A DNA stretch of 64,000 nt from Candidatus Bathyarchaeia archaeon. Its GTDB lineage: Archaea > Thermoproteota > Bathyarchaeia > Bathyarchaeales > Bathycorpusculaceae. The stretch is from positions 8,414 through 72,413 of the forward strand of contig JBNIDP010000002.1 in assembly GCA_050108115.1 (NCBI GenBank). Direction: 5' to 3'. Positions 18,775 through 30,001 of this stretch are shown piece after piece (within the stretch, counting starts at the first letter, position 1; each line of letters starts with the position of its first letter). The position numbers and the translations under genes were made by a program. The notes beneath the pieces were generated by a model that ran no database searches, was not told where the DNA came from, and saw only the letters and a program-made list of their open reading frames with translations.

Positions 18775-20839
18775 CTTCAACTGATTCAAGTGTAGGCTCG
18801 ATGCCCAGCACGTCTTCCACGTAAGCTCTTAACAGTTCAGCTACACTCCACGCCTGCGCAATTGCGCCTTGAGGCTCATTTGGGGGGTCGCAGTCAAAAA
18901 TCTCGTTAATTGAACCCAAGCAGCCGTGATGAATGGTTTCACCCAGAAGCGGCAGGACAAATTTTTGAAGCGCAATCTTGTGGGGTTCAGAATCGTCTCC
19001 GTACACTTTCAAGTAAGCAGTAATGTATGGGCCGAGTAACCATGGCCAGATTGTTCCGTTGTGGTATGCGGTGTCTCTGCTTCTTCGGTTGCCTTCACAT
19101 TTGCCGACAAACTTGGGGTCATCAAACGACAATGTGCGCAACCCGTAAGGTGTAACAAGTTCGCTGTTTACTAAATCAACAACTTGTTTACCTACAATTT
19201 TTGAAACCATGCTAAAATCTAAAGAAACCGCTAAAATCTGGTTTGGCCGAATCGAAGCATCACTACCAGACACGTCTATGACGTCAAAAAGGCATCCGTT
19301 TTTAGGATTCCAAAATTTCTTATTAAAACTCACTTGAGCTTTACCAGCGATTTCTGCATAATGTTTGGCTAAGTCGGTTTCTTCAAACTTGCCTGCCAGA
19401 AGTTCCATAGTTTTTAATGCGTTGTACCATAGGGCTTGGATTTCTACGGCTTTGCCGCGTCTAGGCGTGACATCTTCGCCGTCAACAAAAGCATCCATCC
19501 AAGTAAGCCGTGAACCGTGAGCAAGCAAGCCGTCATTGTCCAAATGGATGTTAAATAGGGTGCCTTTTTCTTGATGAGCAATTATTGCTTTAAGGCTGTC
19601 CCAAAGGTTTTGTTTTACGAAGTTAAAGTTGCCCGTGTATTTTAGGTACTGTAAAACTGCGTTAATGTACCATAATGTGCCGTCTACCGTGTTGTAGGAG
19701 GGTTGGGCAGATTTGTCAGTGATAAAGTTTGGGATAAGTCCATCGTTGCAGTACTGGATGAAATTGGAAAAAATGTCTTCCGCATCGCTGTATCTGCCTG
19801 TTACCAGCATTAATCCCGGCAGCGAAATGAATGTGTCTCTGCCCCATGGTTCAAACCAGTGATAACCCGCAATTACTGAACGACGTTTTTGGGCGTTTTG
19901 AACCATAAAGGCGTCTGCTGCCTGCAAAATCCAGTTTAACCAGTCAGTCATCGGCACCTTCTTCTGCAACTGGTAAAAGTTTAACAGTAAATCGCTAATC
20001 TTTGCTAATTCATAATTGTACGTTTCCACTGCTTGGTCTACTGAGGTGCCAATTGAGTCAAGGATTTGCTTGTTTTCTTGAGCATCACGGCTTGCAGCGG
20101 TTGTCAATGCAAACATGACTTCTTTTTCTGCGGGGATGGTGACTTCAAAAGTGCCTGGTTGATAGCAGTCGTCGTTGCTTGATTCGCCGCGGAACTCCTC
20201 GTCGCGGTAAAGCAGGCGGTCTACCCAGTTGCCCTTGCTGCTAAAGGCGCCGCTGGTTGTACGGCAAGCGATGGTTGTTTTTTGTTCAGGAAAGTCTAAT
20301 TCTACTTCTCTGCTGTTTTGTTGCTGTGTTAGGTGCACCGGCATTTTTTGGTGGTCTGTTATGTTGTGGTAGTAGCGGCAGTTCATCATTGGATAAATAG
20401 CCATTTTAGCGTCTATGCTGTTGCGGTTTGATACTTTGTATATGGCGCAAACGGCGTTTTTAAGTTTAGGCATAAACACTGTCTTGCTAACTTCCAGCCC
20501 CTTCACGTTGTAGATGTAGGTTGGAAAAGGGCTGATTGAGAACTGTTTGATTAACTTGTAACCTTGAGGGTAAATTGTGTCGTTAAACTCGTTACTGCCC
20601 AGCCGAAAAACATCGCCGCCCAGCAAGAGGTCTTCGTCGAGTTTTGAAAGACAAACGGTGCGGTCGCCCGGCGGGTTTAGTGCTGCAACCAACAAACCAT
20701 GATACTTGCGCGTGTTTATACCTAGAACCGTGCTGGATGCATAGCCGCCGATGCCGTTGGTTATCAGCCACTCCTTCTCAATTAAGTCCTTAAAATTACC
20801 CAGGGCTTGCTGGTTAAAGGTAATGGCTGGCAACTTCAT
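18761..20839 (-). CDS. Glycogen debranching enzyme (amylo-alpha-1,6-glucosidase)
   Basis: EWLITNGIGGYASST, IAGYHWF..WGRDTFISLPGL, LTWMDA, YHNGTIWPWL, AQAWSVAE. Confidence 0.92.
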   Translation of the reverse strand: MKLPAITFNQQALGNFKDLIEKEWLITNGIGGYASSTVLGINTRKYHGLLVAALNPPGDRTVCLSKLDEDLLLGGDVFRLGSNEFNDTIYPQGYKLIKQFSISPFPTYIYNVKGLEVSKTVFMPKLKNAVCAIYKVSNRNSIDAKMAIYPMMNCRYYHNITDHQKMPVHLTQQQNSREVELDFPEQKTTIACRTTSGAFSSKGNWVDRLLYRDEEFRGESSNDDCYQPGTFEVTIPAEKEVMFALTTAASRDAQENKQILDSIGTSVDQAVETYNYELAKISDLLLNFYQLQKKVPMTDWLNWILQAADAFMVQNAQKRRSVIAGYHWFEPWGRDTFISLPGLMLVTGRYSDAEDIFSNFIQYCNDGLIPNFITDKSAQPSYNTVDGTLWYINAVLQYLKYTGNFNFVKQNLWDSLKAIIAHQEKGTLFNIHLDNDGLLAHGSRLTWMDAFVDGEDVTPRRGKAVEIQALWYNALKTMELLAGKFEETDLAKHYAEIAGKAQVSFNKKFWNPKNGCLFDVIDVSGSDASIRPNQILAVSLDFSMVSKIVGKQVVDLVNSELVTPYGLRTLSFDDPKFVGKCEGNRRSRDTAYHNGTIWPWLLGPYITAYLKVYGDDSEPHKIALQKFVLPLLGETIHHGCLGSINEIFDCDPPNEPQGAIAQAWSVAELLRAYVEDVLGIEPTLESVEAKLQ

Positions 20840-20840
20840 G

Positions 20841-21722
20841 TTATGTCATCAGCTTTGCAACGTTTTTGTCGCGTGGAACACAGAAATAGTTTGCTACAGG
20901 CACGCATTTGGTTCTGAACAGGTGCAAGGTAGGTTTAGTGTATTTGTATTCTGTTAATGTTTCTGCGTAACCCATGCCTTTGGCGAAAACCAGTTTGGCT
21001 TCGTCGAAAATTTTTAGAAATTCAGGTGAAACCTCTTTTTTTAGAAGTCCAACTGCGTCTGTTCCTGTGGTTATAACTTCGTCTGCAAGCTTATCAATGT
21101 TAGAAAGCTCTACGTCCTCCATTGTTGCATCGTTAATTACAGGTCCACCTTTGACGACGTAGGTTACTTTTAAGCCCATGTTTTTAAGTTGCTCCACAAG
21201 TAAAGTGTCAAACACGATTTCGCCTGCGTTATCTGCCAAAAACAGTACGCTGTCTAATTTTTTGGTTATCTCATACGCTTTGTCAATATCGTCAATGGCT
21301 AAGTCTTTAGCGGCGTCTTTGATTATTTTTGATAAATCCTTAAGTGTGAACTTGTGACCTGGAATGTCAAACTCCATAATGTTGCCGACGATTGCGCATA
21401 GGCATGCTTTTTTGAAGCGTTCCTGTTGAGTGTAGCCTGAAAGAACATATTTTTTAGCTTGTGGTAAAAGTTTTAACGCTTTTTCGTTAGCTGCTTTCTT
21501 GTTTTGTTTGTAGGGGTCAGTGTTGTCTGTTAATTGGCGGATTAAGCGGTCTCTTTTAGTGCCTATGTCAGCGGCGACTGTAGAGGGTTTAAAGTCACGA
21601 TTTACGAGTTTTACAATTTCAGCCATGCATCTAAACCGCAACGCAGGGTTGGTGGTGGCTTGATAGATTTGTATTTGGCCTCGGGAAATCATGCAGGCTG
21701 CGCATTCAGGTTCAACTTTCAA
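20841..21722 (-). CDS. DUF89/ARMT1-like damage-control phosphatase
   Basis: ECAAC, GNIMEF, DNAGEIVFD, INDAT, AKGMGYAE. Confidence 0.88.
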   Translation of the reverse strand: MKVEPECAACMISRGQIQIYQATTNPALRFRCMAEIVKLVNRDFKPSTVAADIGTKRDRLIRQLTDNTDPYKQNKKAANEKALKLLPQAKKYVLSGYTQQERFKKACLCAIVGNIMEFDIPGHKFTLKDLSKIIKDAAKDLAIDDIDKAYEITKKLDSVLFLADNAGEIVFDTLLVEQLKNMGLKVTYVVKGGPVINDATMEDVELSNIDKLADEVITTGTDAVGLLKKEVSPEFLKIFDEAKLVFAKGMGYAETLTEYKYTKPTLHLFRTKCVPVANYFCVPRDKNVAKLMT

Positions 21723-21738
21723 GTTTGGTCACATGCAA

Positions 21739-22431
<693 letters not shown>

Positions 22432-22491
22432 TTAGCGTTAGGGCTAACCTCTTTTATTATTTGCCATACAAAAAATGCAGACAGGATGACT

Positions 22492-24183
22492 TTAAGCTGT
22501 CGGTGCAGGTGTAGTTTGTATTGGAATTGCAGCTTTTTTGGTTGTTTCCTCAGTTAGCATGCCGACCAGTTGCCCGTTTTTAACCATGGCCGCACGTTTC
22601 ATTTTCTTTTCACGCATAACCTGCATGGCGTTAATCATTGATTCAGCCTTGTCAAGAATAATTAGTGGTGTATAGCTGAGGTTTTTTGCAAGAGTTTTGC
22701 TTGGGTCTTTGTGGTGCTCGATAATGTCGCGTAGGATATCTCTGTCACTTATTACTCCGATTGGTTGGTGACGTTCAGTGATAAGTACCGAGTTTACGCT
22801 GTTTTGAAGCATCAAATTAGCCAAGGTTGATACGGTTTCGGTTATGGACACTTCTATGTGGGGTAGCTTCATGCCTGCTTGGTTGCTGATTTCTGAAATT
22901 TCGATGCCGCGTTTCCAGATGTCGTTTAGCATTTCGCTTGTGCGTTCAATTTGGCTTGGGTCACTGGAGTAGAAGGTGTCTGGCAGGTAAAACGCTGATT
23001 CGTTTGTCCAGTCTCCTAACGGGGGCATCTTGAACATGAAAAGGTGTTTGTTGTCAACCATCATCATGGTCAGGTAGCTGATTGGTACATGTTTAATTTC
23101 GTAATGTGTTGCAAGTTTTTGTGCTGGTTCAATGTTGTCAAGGTCAATAGATGCCATGATGCGGACTTTTAGGTCTTTTTTAAGAAGTCTTGTTAAGGGG
23201 TCGTCTTCTGCAAGATTGTTAATGCTTTGTGAAGTGGTAATTATTACGACGTCTTCTTTGGCGTTTTCAAGAACTTTGGTAACTTTTTCCCATGCTTCAT
23301 CGGCTGCTTTAATGACTACTGTTTCGCCGATGGGTACACCGCTTTTTAGTTCATCAACACGTCTTGAAGCGTCAACACCGATAGACCACATCTGCTCAAA
23401 GAATGCTTTCAAAACAGAGATGAACATTCTATCGTTAATCCATAACCCTTCATCTTCAAGGTTTAAAACAGAAGTTTCGTTGCCAAACGGTGCATAAAGA
23501 ATCGCTTCTTCCTCATCCTTAATTAAAAAGCGAGGAAAAAACTTGGAACTCATGCCCATGTGACGCATTTTAATGTTTAAGCGGTCTTCTGATATGTTGC
23601 GGTCTATTCGTTCCACAATTTTTAGATTATCGTTTGATATGTCAGTGATTATTTGAAAGTTGACATTTCGGTTTTTAGAGGGTTCAAAAGCGGCGTCAAA
23701 TATTCCCGCGATGTCTTCTTGAATAAGCCCCAAACCTGTAGTTAAAAAGATGACTTGCTTGTTTGATTCCTCAATCATGTTTATCATTTTTGAGTGAATC
23801 TTTTTCTTGCCTGTGATGATTGAGAATTTGGCAACCGGATACTCGGATTCGGGGGTGCTGATTGATTTCCAAGCAACCAGCAGGTTTTGTTTTTGCTCGT
23901 TAAAGTTTACTACTTCATTTTTTTTGGCGTTAATGAAGCTGTCAACAAGATTTTCAAACGGCACAATAGTGAAGCGTGTTGGCCGTTCAAGTGTTGCTTC
24001 GATGAAGCCTTTTTCTTGCAGTTTTTTAAAGGTGCGGTAAGCTTGAACGCGTTCCATTTTTAGGCGTTTAGCAACAACACTAGTTGATTGTACGCCGCTT
24101 TTAGCCAAGAACATATAAACTTGGATTTCGCGTTTTGAGAGACCCAGAATCTGCAAAAAACGTGTTATATCCTTTTCACTCAA
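22492..24183 (-). CDS. TrmB-family regulator with duplicated effector domains and C-terminal CBS pair
   Basis: N-terminal TrmB HTH; two PLD-like effector regions; CBS motifs (PIGVISDRDI, LVGMLT). Confidence 0.8.
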   Translation of the reverse strand: MSEKDITRFLQILGLSKREIQVYMFLAKSGVQSTSVVAKRLKMERVQAYRTFKKLQEKGFIEATLERPTRFTIVPFENLVDSFINAKKNEVVNFNEQKQNLLVAWKSISTPESEYPVAKFSIITGKKKIHSKMINMIEESNKQVIFLTTGLGLIQEDIAGIFDAAFEPSKNRNVNFQIITDISNDNLKIVERIDRNISEDRLNIKMRHMGMSSKFFPRFLIKDEEEAILYAPFGNETSVLNLEDEGLWINDRMFISVLKAFFEQMWSIGVDASRRVDELKSGVPIGETVVIKAADEAWEKVTKVLENAKEDVVIITTSQSINNLAEDDPLTRLLKKDLKVRIMASIDLDNIEPAQKLATHYEIKHVPISYLTMMMVDNKHLFMFKMPPLGDWTNESAFYLPDTFYSSDPSQIERTSEMLNDIWKRGIEISEISNQAGMKLPHIEVSITETVSTLANLMLQNSVNSVLITERHQPIGVISDRDILRDIIEHHKDPSKTLAKNLSYTPLIILDKAESMINAMQVMREKKMKRAAMVKNGQLVGMLTEETTKKAAIPIQTTPAPTA

Positions 24184-24502
24184 GCCTAGTAAGCCGCCTA
24201 ACGATAAAATTTAGTGTTTCCATTAGTTTTAATGTTTACGCATTTATATAAAGGATAGCATGTTTGTCAACTTTAAAATTTTAAAAACTAACAAATATTT
24301 AGTTTCCGTCATTAGGATAGCGTTTATTAATCTGGAAAAACATTGGTAAAATTACCGAAAGGATAAAACTCGCCTATATTGATGCATCAAATCGAAAGCG
24401 GAATTGTTCTGGTTTGTTGCTGCGCCCGTTAACGATTTGGGCTCTAAAGTTGTAGTGTGAGTTAAGGCGAAAGGATTTCCTTCAGTCTGAGGAGACTTTG
24501 AA

Positions 24503-24898
24503 ATGTCTGAAAACAAAAAAACAATTTTAGTTATTGACGATGACAAGTCTATTCTTAGGACATTCACACGGATTCTCCAGAAAAGCGGATACAACATTGA
24601 CGTTGCAGAAACAGGTAAAGAAGCCATCGAAAAAGCTGACGCGCACACTTATGACCTTGCTTTAGTTGACATTAGGCTACCTGACATGGATGGAACTGAA
24701 CTACTTGCTAAACTTAAAGTGCAACTGCAAAACACAGTAAAAATCATGATTACAGGGTTTCCATCCCTTGAAACAGGCGTTAAAGCCCTAGATGAAGGCG
24801 CCGACGCATACCTTGTAAAACCCGTAAAGCCTCAAGAACTTCTTGTGCTTCTTGAAGAGAAACTAAAGCATCATGAAGAACAAGTAGCAAAAGCATAA
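24503..24898 (+). CDS. Stand-alone response regulator receiver
   Basis: ILVIDDD, LVDIRLPDMDG, ITG, YLVKP. Confidence 0.93.
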   Translation: MSENKKTILVIDDDKSILRTFTRILQKSGYNIDVAETGKEAIEKADAHTYDLALVDIRLPDMDGTELLAKLKVQLQNTVKIMITGFPSLETGVKALDEGADAYLVKPVKPQELLVLLEEKLKHHEEQVAKA

Positions 24899-25081
24899 CC
24901 ACCCAACAAGACAGTGACCTTTTGTTTCCATTACTACCGTTCAAGCTTAAAACAGTTCATCCCTTAAACAACTTTTGTAGGTCGACAGTGCAATTTGCCT
25001 GCTTTTTTAATGTTGTATTTCAGGTAGAATGGGTGGTTTTTGTGGAGAAAGCTTAAGAATGGTTATTTTGTTTAGGCGTGT

Positions 25082-25981
25082 ATGATTCAGGATTTGAAGG
25101 GCTTTGCCCAGTTTATTTCTGTAGAACGCGGCTTGATGCTTTTCATGATTTCAGTTGGCGCAGCCTTCCTTACTGGCGGCGCGATTGCTTGGGCTCCAGC
25201 CTTGTTTTTAGGCGTTATCGTTTTCTGCATCTGGAGCGCAGTTGACGGAATGAACAACCTGTGCGACGTAGAATTAGACCAGCTCTCCGACCCAATGCGT
25301 GCAAGATTCACAAAAAAACTGGGCAAAATCGGCTTATTCATAACCTTAGGCTTTACTGGGTTATCTTTAGCTTTGGGCGCAGCAACTTTGATGCCTTTCG
25401 TGCTGCTGTTTGTCGGCGTAGGCATACTTTTCGGCGTCTTATATTCTGTTCCGCCTTTTCGCCTAAGAAAAACCGTTTACAAACCCATAGTCAACTTCAC
25501 AGTGGGTGCAGTCCCCGTACTGATTATTGCAGCATTCTTCAATTCTTTCTCAGCAAACGTAATCGCCCTTATCGTGCTCATCGGCGTAACCACAGCAATA
25601 AATAGCCTCTGGGAGGATTTAGCCGATTTCGCATCTGATTTCCACAGCGGTTCCAGAACAATACCCATAATCTTGGGTTTTAGACGGGGCTTAATCTTCA
25701 CAATCGTAATGGGCTACGCAATGCTGCCGTTAATGGTGCTGGTAGGCATGCTTTTCCAGCTTCCAACAATCTGGTATGCCGCGTTAGCACTGCTTGCAGG
25801 AATCATAACCTTACGCTTAATCCAAAAACGCCACACCATCTTTAAACAAGACACCGCAGACAACACAAAACTGCTAAAAGTCGGCGAAACATTAGCCAAA
25901 GACTTCGTAATAATCGCAATCATATTCACACTAAGCCTAATGATTAGTAGCCTGCTAAAAATCAACCCACTCATTTTCTAA
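25082..25981 (+). CDS. UbiA-family prenyltransferase
   Basis: NNLCDVELD, YSVPPFRL, EDLADFASD; multi-TM. Confidence 0.85.
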   Translation: MIQDLKGFAQFISVERGLMLFMISVGAAFLTGGAIAWAPALFLGVIVFCIWSAVDGMNNLCDVELDQLSDPMRARFTKKLGKIGLFITLGFTGLSLALGAATLMPFVLLFVGVGILFGVLYSVPPFRLRKTVYKPIVNFTVGAVPVLIIAAFFNSFSANVIALIVLIGVTTAINSLWEDLADFASDFHSGSRTIPIILGFRRGLIFTIVMGYAMLPLMVLVGMLFQLPTIWYAALALLAGIITLRLIQKRHTIFKQDTADNTKLLKVGETLAKDFVIIAIIFTLSLMISSLLKINPLIF

Positions 25982-26005
25982 AAATCGAGTAGTGCCTCTT
26001 GCTTT

Positions 26006-26842
26006 TTATTCTTTCTTTTTCTTGCGTTTTTTAATGACTGCTATTGAGCCGATAGTGATGATTAACCCTATTAGAACAGTTGAACCCACTATAGTGGACA
26101 AGTTTTTCAGATAAAGATTATTTGAAACTGAGAACGGTGTTTTCTCTGAAGCTTGTCCATGCTCAGTTGTTGCGAAGAGTAACAGTTCATAGTTTCCTTC
26201 GGATAGATAGCCTAAAGTTGTGTTTTCTTTGAGGGCTTGGTCAGAAACTAATATGCGGCTTTCAGATGCTGGTTCAAGCTTATACAAGTAGTAGTGTGCG
26301 TCATTTGTTTCTCCGTTAATGTTAAATGTTACAGGTATCGTTGGGTTAAAGTAAGTTTGACTGGTTGGAGAAAGTGTTTTGAGTTCTGCAACTATAAAAT
26401 GTGAATTTACTGTGAAGCTTTGAGTGTCAGACATGTTGCTAGCATAGGCTTCTAAGATATGTGTGCCTTCAGACAAGTTCTCGAGGATAATGTTGGCTGT
26501 GTATCTTTTGAATTCCATTTTTTCTACGTTTAAGCCTGCATAGACTAAGTCGTTATGGATGGCGGTTTTCAAGTTTTTAAGTTCAACTGGTGGTTGACCA
26601 TCCAAACTATAGAAAATACTGTCAAGTGCTGGAGAGTCAACAAACATGTTAACATAGATTTGATATTCAACAGTACTATTTACATATCCACCGATCGATG
26701 CTGTAGGAAAACTAATCAATATATCAGGAACTGAATATACGCTGACCGGGTTTGCGTTAACTACCTCCATATTTTGAGTCCCAACTATTGTCATAAGTAA
26801 AAGTGATAAAGCAACAATAACTGTTAACATATTTTTTTTCAT
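26006..26842 (-). CDS. Secreted Ig-like protein with C-terminal TM anchor
   Basis: Signal peptide ..VVNANP; YSLDGQ; two LSEG repeats; TM + KKRKKK. Confidence 0.75.
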   Translation of the reverse strand: MKKNMLTVIVALSLLLMTIVGTQNMEVVNANPVSVYSVPDILISFPTASIGGYVNSTVEYQIYVNMFVDSPALDSIFYSLDGQPPVELKNLKTAIHNDLVYAGLNVEKMEFKRYTANIILENLSEGTHILEAYASNMSDTQSFTVNSHFIVAELKTLSPTSQTYFNPTIPVTFNINGETNDAHYYLYKLEPASESRILVSDQALKENTTLGYLSEGNYELLLFATTEHGQASEKTPFSVSNNLYLKNLSTIVGSTVLIGLIITIGSIAVIKKRKKKKE

Positions 26843-26996
26843 GCGATTTTCAGGTTAACTAGCTATCTTAACATTTAAGTAAGTTACTATTTTTTTCTAA
26901 ACAGGGCATCCAAAGGATAAAATTAACAACCAAGCAATTAAAACATGATTTTCTATCTAAGAGAATTTGACAATGAAGTTTTTTCAAGCCAAAAAA

Positions 26997-29831
26997 TTAT
27001 TGATAGGGTTTTATTAGTCCTCTTTTTTCTTTTATTGCTGCTTGTGCCGCTGCGAGTCGTGCTACTGGGACTCTGTAGGGTGAGCAGCTTACGTAATCAA
27101 GGTTGATTCGGTGGCAAAACTCGACGCTGCTGGGTTCGCCTCCGTGTTCGCCGCAGATGCCGATTTTTAGGTCTGGACGGCTTTTGCGTCCCCACTCCAC
27201 AGTTATAGCCATTAACCTGCCGACGCCTTTTACGTCTAAAATTTCAAATGGGTTGTCTTGCAGGATTTTTTGTTCAGTGTAGAAGGGTAAAAACTTGTTT
27301 TCTGCGTCTTCTCGTGAGAAGCTGAAAGTGGCTTGGGTTAAGTCGTTGGTGCCGAAGCTGAAAAATTCTGCCATATCTGCAAGTGTGCCTGCTCTCATAC
27401 ATGCGCGGACGACTTCAATCATGGTGCCAAGGGTGTATGGGACGGTTTTGCCGTTGTTTTCTTTGACGCGGTGTTCGACGCGTTTGATTAGGGTTTGGAC
27501 GCGTTTGAGTTCTTGGCTTGTGCAGACTTGTGGAATCATGATTTCTACGTGTACGGGTACGGTTTCGTTGATTAACTCTCCAGTGGCTTCAAGGATTGCT
27601 TCTACTTGCATCTCATAAATTTCAGGGTAAGTTAAGCCTAAGCGGACTCCTCGGTGGCCAAGCATGGGGTTTACTTCTCGGAGCAGGCGGATTTTGCGCA
27701 GGGTGTCACGTTTTCGCTCAAGCTCGTTTGCTTGCAGTTCTGAGATGTTGTTTAGCATGTGTTCGCCTTCCGTTAGCATGGATTTGACTTTTAAGTCGCT
27801 GTTAGAAAGCAGTTCAGGCAGTTCGCAAACGTTTTTTATGGCCTGCTGGCATTTCTCCAAATTAGCGATTTCATGCTCCAAAATGTCTTCGTTAGGCAAA
27901 AACTCGTGAAGAGGCGGGTCTAAAAGTCGAATAGTTACGGGTAAGCCTTGCATAACCCGCAAAATATCCATAAAGTCCTGTTTCTGCAAAGGCAACAGCT
28001 GCTTAAGCGATTTTAAACGTTCTTCATAAGAATCGGCAAGGATCATTTCTTGAAAGAGCCCAATACGGTCTGACGCGTTAAACATGCGTTCAGTGCGGCA
28101 TAACCCGATGCCTTCAGCTCCAAACTTTAACGCTTTCTCAGCATCTAATGGTGTGTCCGCGTTTGTTCGTACACCAAGACGGCGGAACTCGTCAGCCCAA
28201 CTTAAAATCGTGTTCATGTTGCCAGAGATTTCTGGTTCAACCATTGCAACTTGTCCAATCCAAACGTTGCCTGACGTTCCATCAATAGTCAAAATTGTTC
28301 CCGGCAAAATCCGTTGGTCTCCCACGGTTGCGGTGCGTTCCATATGGTTTATTTTGATATCTGCCGCGCCGGACACGCAGGGTTTTCCCATGCCTCGGGC
28401 TACTACGGCTGCGTGACTTGTTTTTCCGCCAATCGATGTTAAAATGCCTTGTGAAGCAAAGAAGCCGTGAATATCTTCGGGTTTGGTTTGTTCACGGACA
28501 AGGATGACTTTTTTGCCTGCTTTTCCCTGTTTTTCTGCTTCGTCAGCGTCAAAAACTGCTTCACCGTAAGCTGCGCCAGGAGATGCCCCTAAACCTACCG
28601 CTACAGGTGGAGTTTTGTTGTTTGGGTCGATTTGGCTGTACATTAATTGTGTAAGCTGGTTTGGGTCAATTCTTAAGAGGGCTTCTTCTTTGGTGATTAA
28701 GCCTTCAGTGTTCATTTCCACGGATACGCGAAGGTTGGCGGCGGCGTTCATTTTTGCGTTGCGGGTTTGAAGCATGTACAGTTTGCTTTCTTCAATTGTG
28801 AACTCCATGTCTTGTGGTTCTTTGAAGTGCCGCTCAAGTGTTTCCCGCACATCCATTAGGGCATGATACATTTTTGGCATGGACTGCTGCATATCAGAAA
28901 TTGGTTTAGGCGTGCGGATACCTGCAACTATGTCTTCACCTTGTGCACGGTCAAGATAATCACCGAAAAGCACGTTTTCGCCTGTGCCAGGGTCCCGAGT
29001 AAATGCTACGCCGGTTGCAGATTCTTTTCCCATGTTGCCAAAAACCATTGCCTGCACGTTTGCTGCTGTACCATTGGCGATTTTAGTGGAGATTTTGAAT
29101 TCTTTTCTGTAATCGGTTGCGCGTTTGCCGTTCCAAGAGGCAAATACTGCTTCTATAGCCATAAAGAGTTGTTCATAGGGGTTTTGTGGTAATGGTTTTC
29201 CCGTGTTTTCTTCAATTATGTGTTTGTAAATGTCTACCAAGTTTTTCATGTCATGTGCTTCAAGTTCAATATCGTTTTTTGCGCCTCGCCTGATTTTAAG
29301 GTCATTCATTGCTTGATTGAAAATTTCCCCGTCAATGTTTAACACGATTGACCCGAAAAGTGAAATAAAACGTCTGTAGGAATCCCAACCGAACCGTTCA
29401 TCCCCACTGCGTTTGATTAACCCTTTAACTGTTTCATCATTAATACCTAAATTAAGCACTGTATCCATCATACCAGGCATAGAAACTGCTGCGCCACTTC
29501 GAACTGAAACCAGAAGCGGCAAATCCATGTTTCCAAAACCAAGCCCCATGGCTTTTTCAATTTGTTTGACCGCTAAACGAACTTGCTCGTTTAAACCTTC
29601 AGGTAGTTTGAATCCATCCTTAAAATATTGTAAGCAAGCTTCAGTAGTGATAACAAAACCTGGTGGAACAGGTAAATCAATTTGTGTCATTTCACATAAC
29701 CCAGCGCCTTTACCGCCAAGTAGTCGTTTATTTTTTCCATCGCCTTCGCTAAACAGGTAAACCCATTTGTCTTCAGATTTCTTTAAATTCAGTTCTGATT
29801 CGACATAGCTCTGGCTAGTTTGCCGATTCAA
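26997..29831 (-). CDS. ppdK: Pyruvate phosphate dikinase
   Basis: LLGGKGA, LLVSVRSGA, TSHAAVVARG phospho-His, EGIGLCRTE, FSFGTNDLTQ, GICGEHGG. Confidence 0.97.
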   Translation of the reverse strand: MNRQTSQSYVESELNLKKSEDKWVYLFSEGDGKNKRLLGGKGAGLCEMTQIDLPVPPGFVITTEACLQYFKDGFKLPEGLNEQVRLAVKQIEKAMGLGFGNMDLPLLVSVRSGAAVSMPGMMDTVLNLGINDETVKGLIKRSGDERFGWDSYRRFISLFGSIVLNIDGEIFNQAMNDLKIRRGAKNDIELEAHDMKNLVDIYKHIIEENTGKPLPQNPYEQLFMAIEAVFASWNGKRATDYRKEFKISTKIANGTAANVQAMVFGNMGKESATGVAFTRDPGTGENVLFGDYLDRAQGEDIVAGIRTPKPISDMQQSMPKMYHALMDVRETLERHFKEPQDMEFTIEESKLYMLQTRNAKMNAAANLRVSVEMNTEGLITKEEALLRIDPNQLTQLMYSQIDPNNKTPPVAVGLGASPGAAYGEAVFDADEAEKQGKAGKKVILVREQTKPEDIHGFFASQGILTSIGGKTSHAAVVARGMGKPCVSGAADIKINHMERTATVGDQRILPGTILTIDGTSGNVWIGQVAMVEPEISGNMNTILSWADEFRRLGVRTNADTPLDAEKALKFGAEGIGLCRTERMFNASDRIGLFQEMILADSYEERLKSLKQLLPLQKQDFMDILRVMQGLPVTIRLLDPPLHEFLPNEDILEHEIANLEKCQQAIKNVCELPELLSNSDLKVKSMLTEGEHMLNNISELQANELERKRDTLRKIRLLREVNPMLGHRGVRLGLTYPEIYEMQVEAILEATGELINETVPVHVEIMIPQVCTSQELKRVQTLIKRVEHRVKENNGKTVPYTLGTMIEVVRACMRAGTLADMAEFFSFGTNDLTQATFSFSREDAENKFLPFYTEQKILQDNPFEILDVKGVGRLMAITVEWGRKSRPDLKIGICGEHGGEPSSVEFCHRINLDYVSCSPYRVPVARLAAAQAAIKEKRGLIKPYQ

Positions 29832-30001
29832 GAAACAATCCTCACTGTTAGCTTGAGCAATGTAAAAAAATAAATGTATGTGGCTTACGAAAAGTTACAA
29901 CAAAAATTGTTGCGGTTTAACGGTGCAGGTTTCTTGTGCTTTGAAGCTTTGAAGATTTAGCGTTGCTTGTTGTTGCTAAAGTTAACAACAAAGGCTGAAA
30001 T

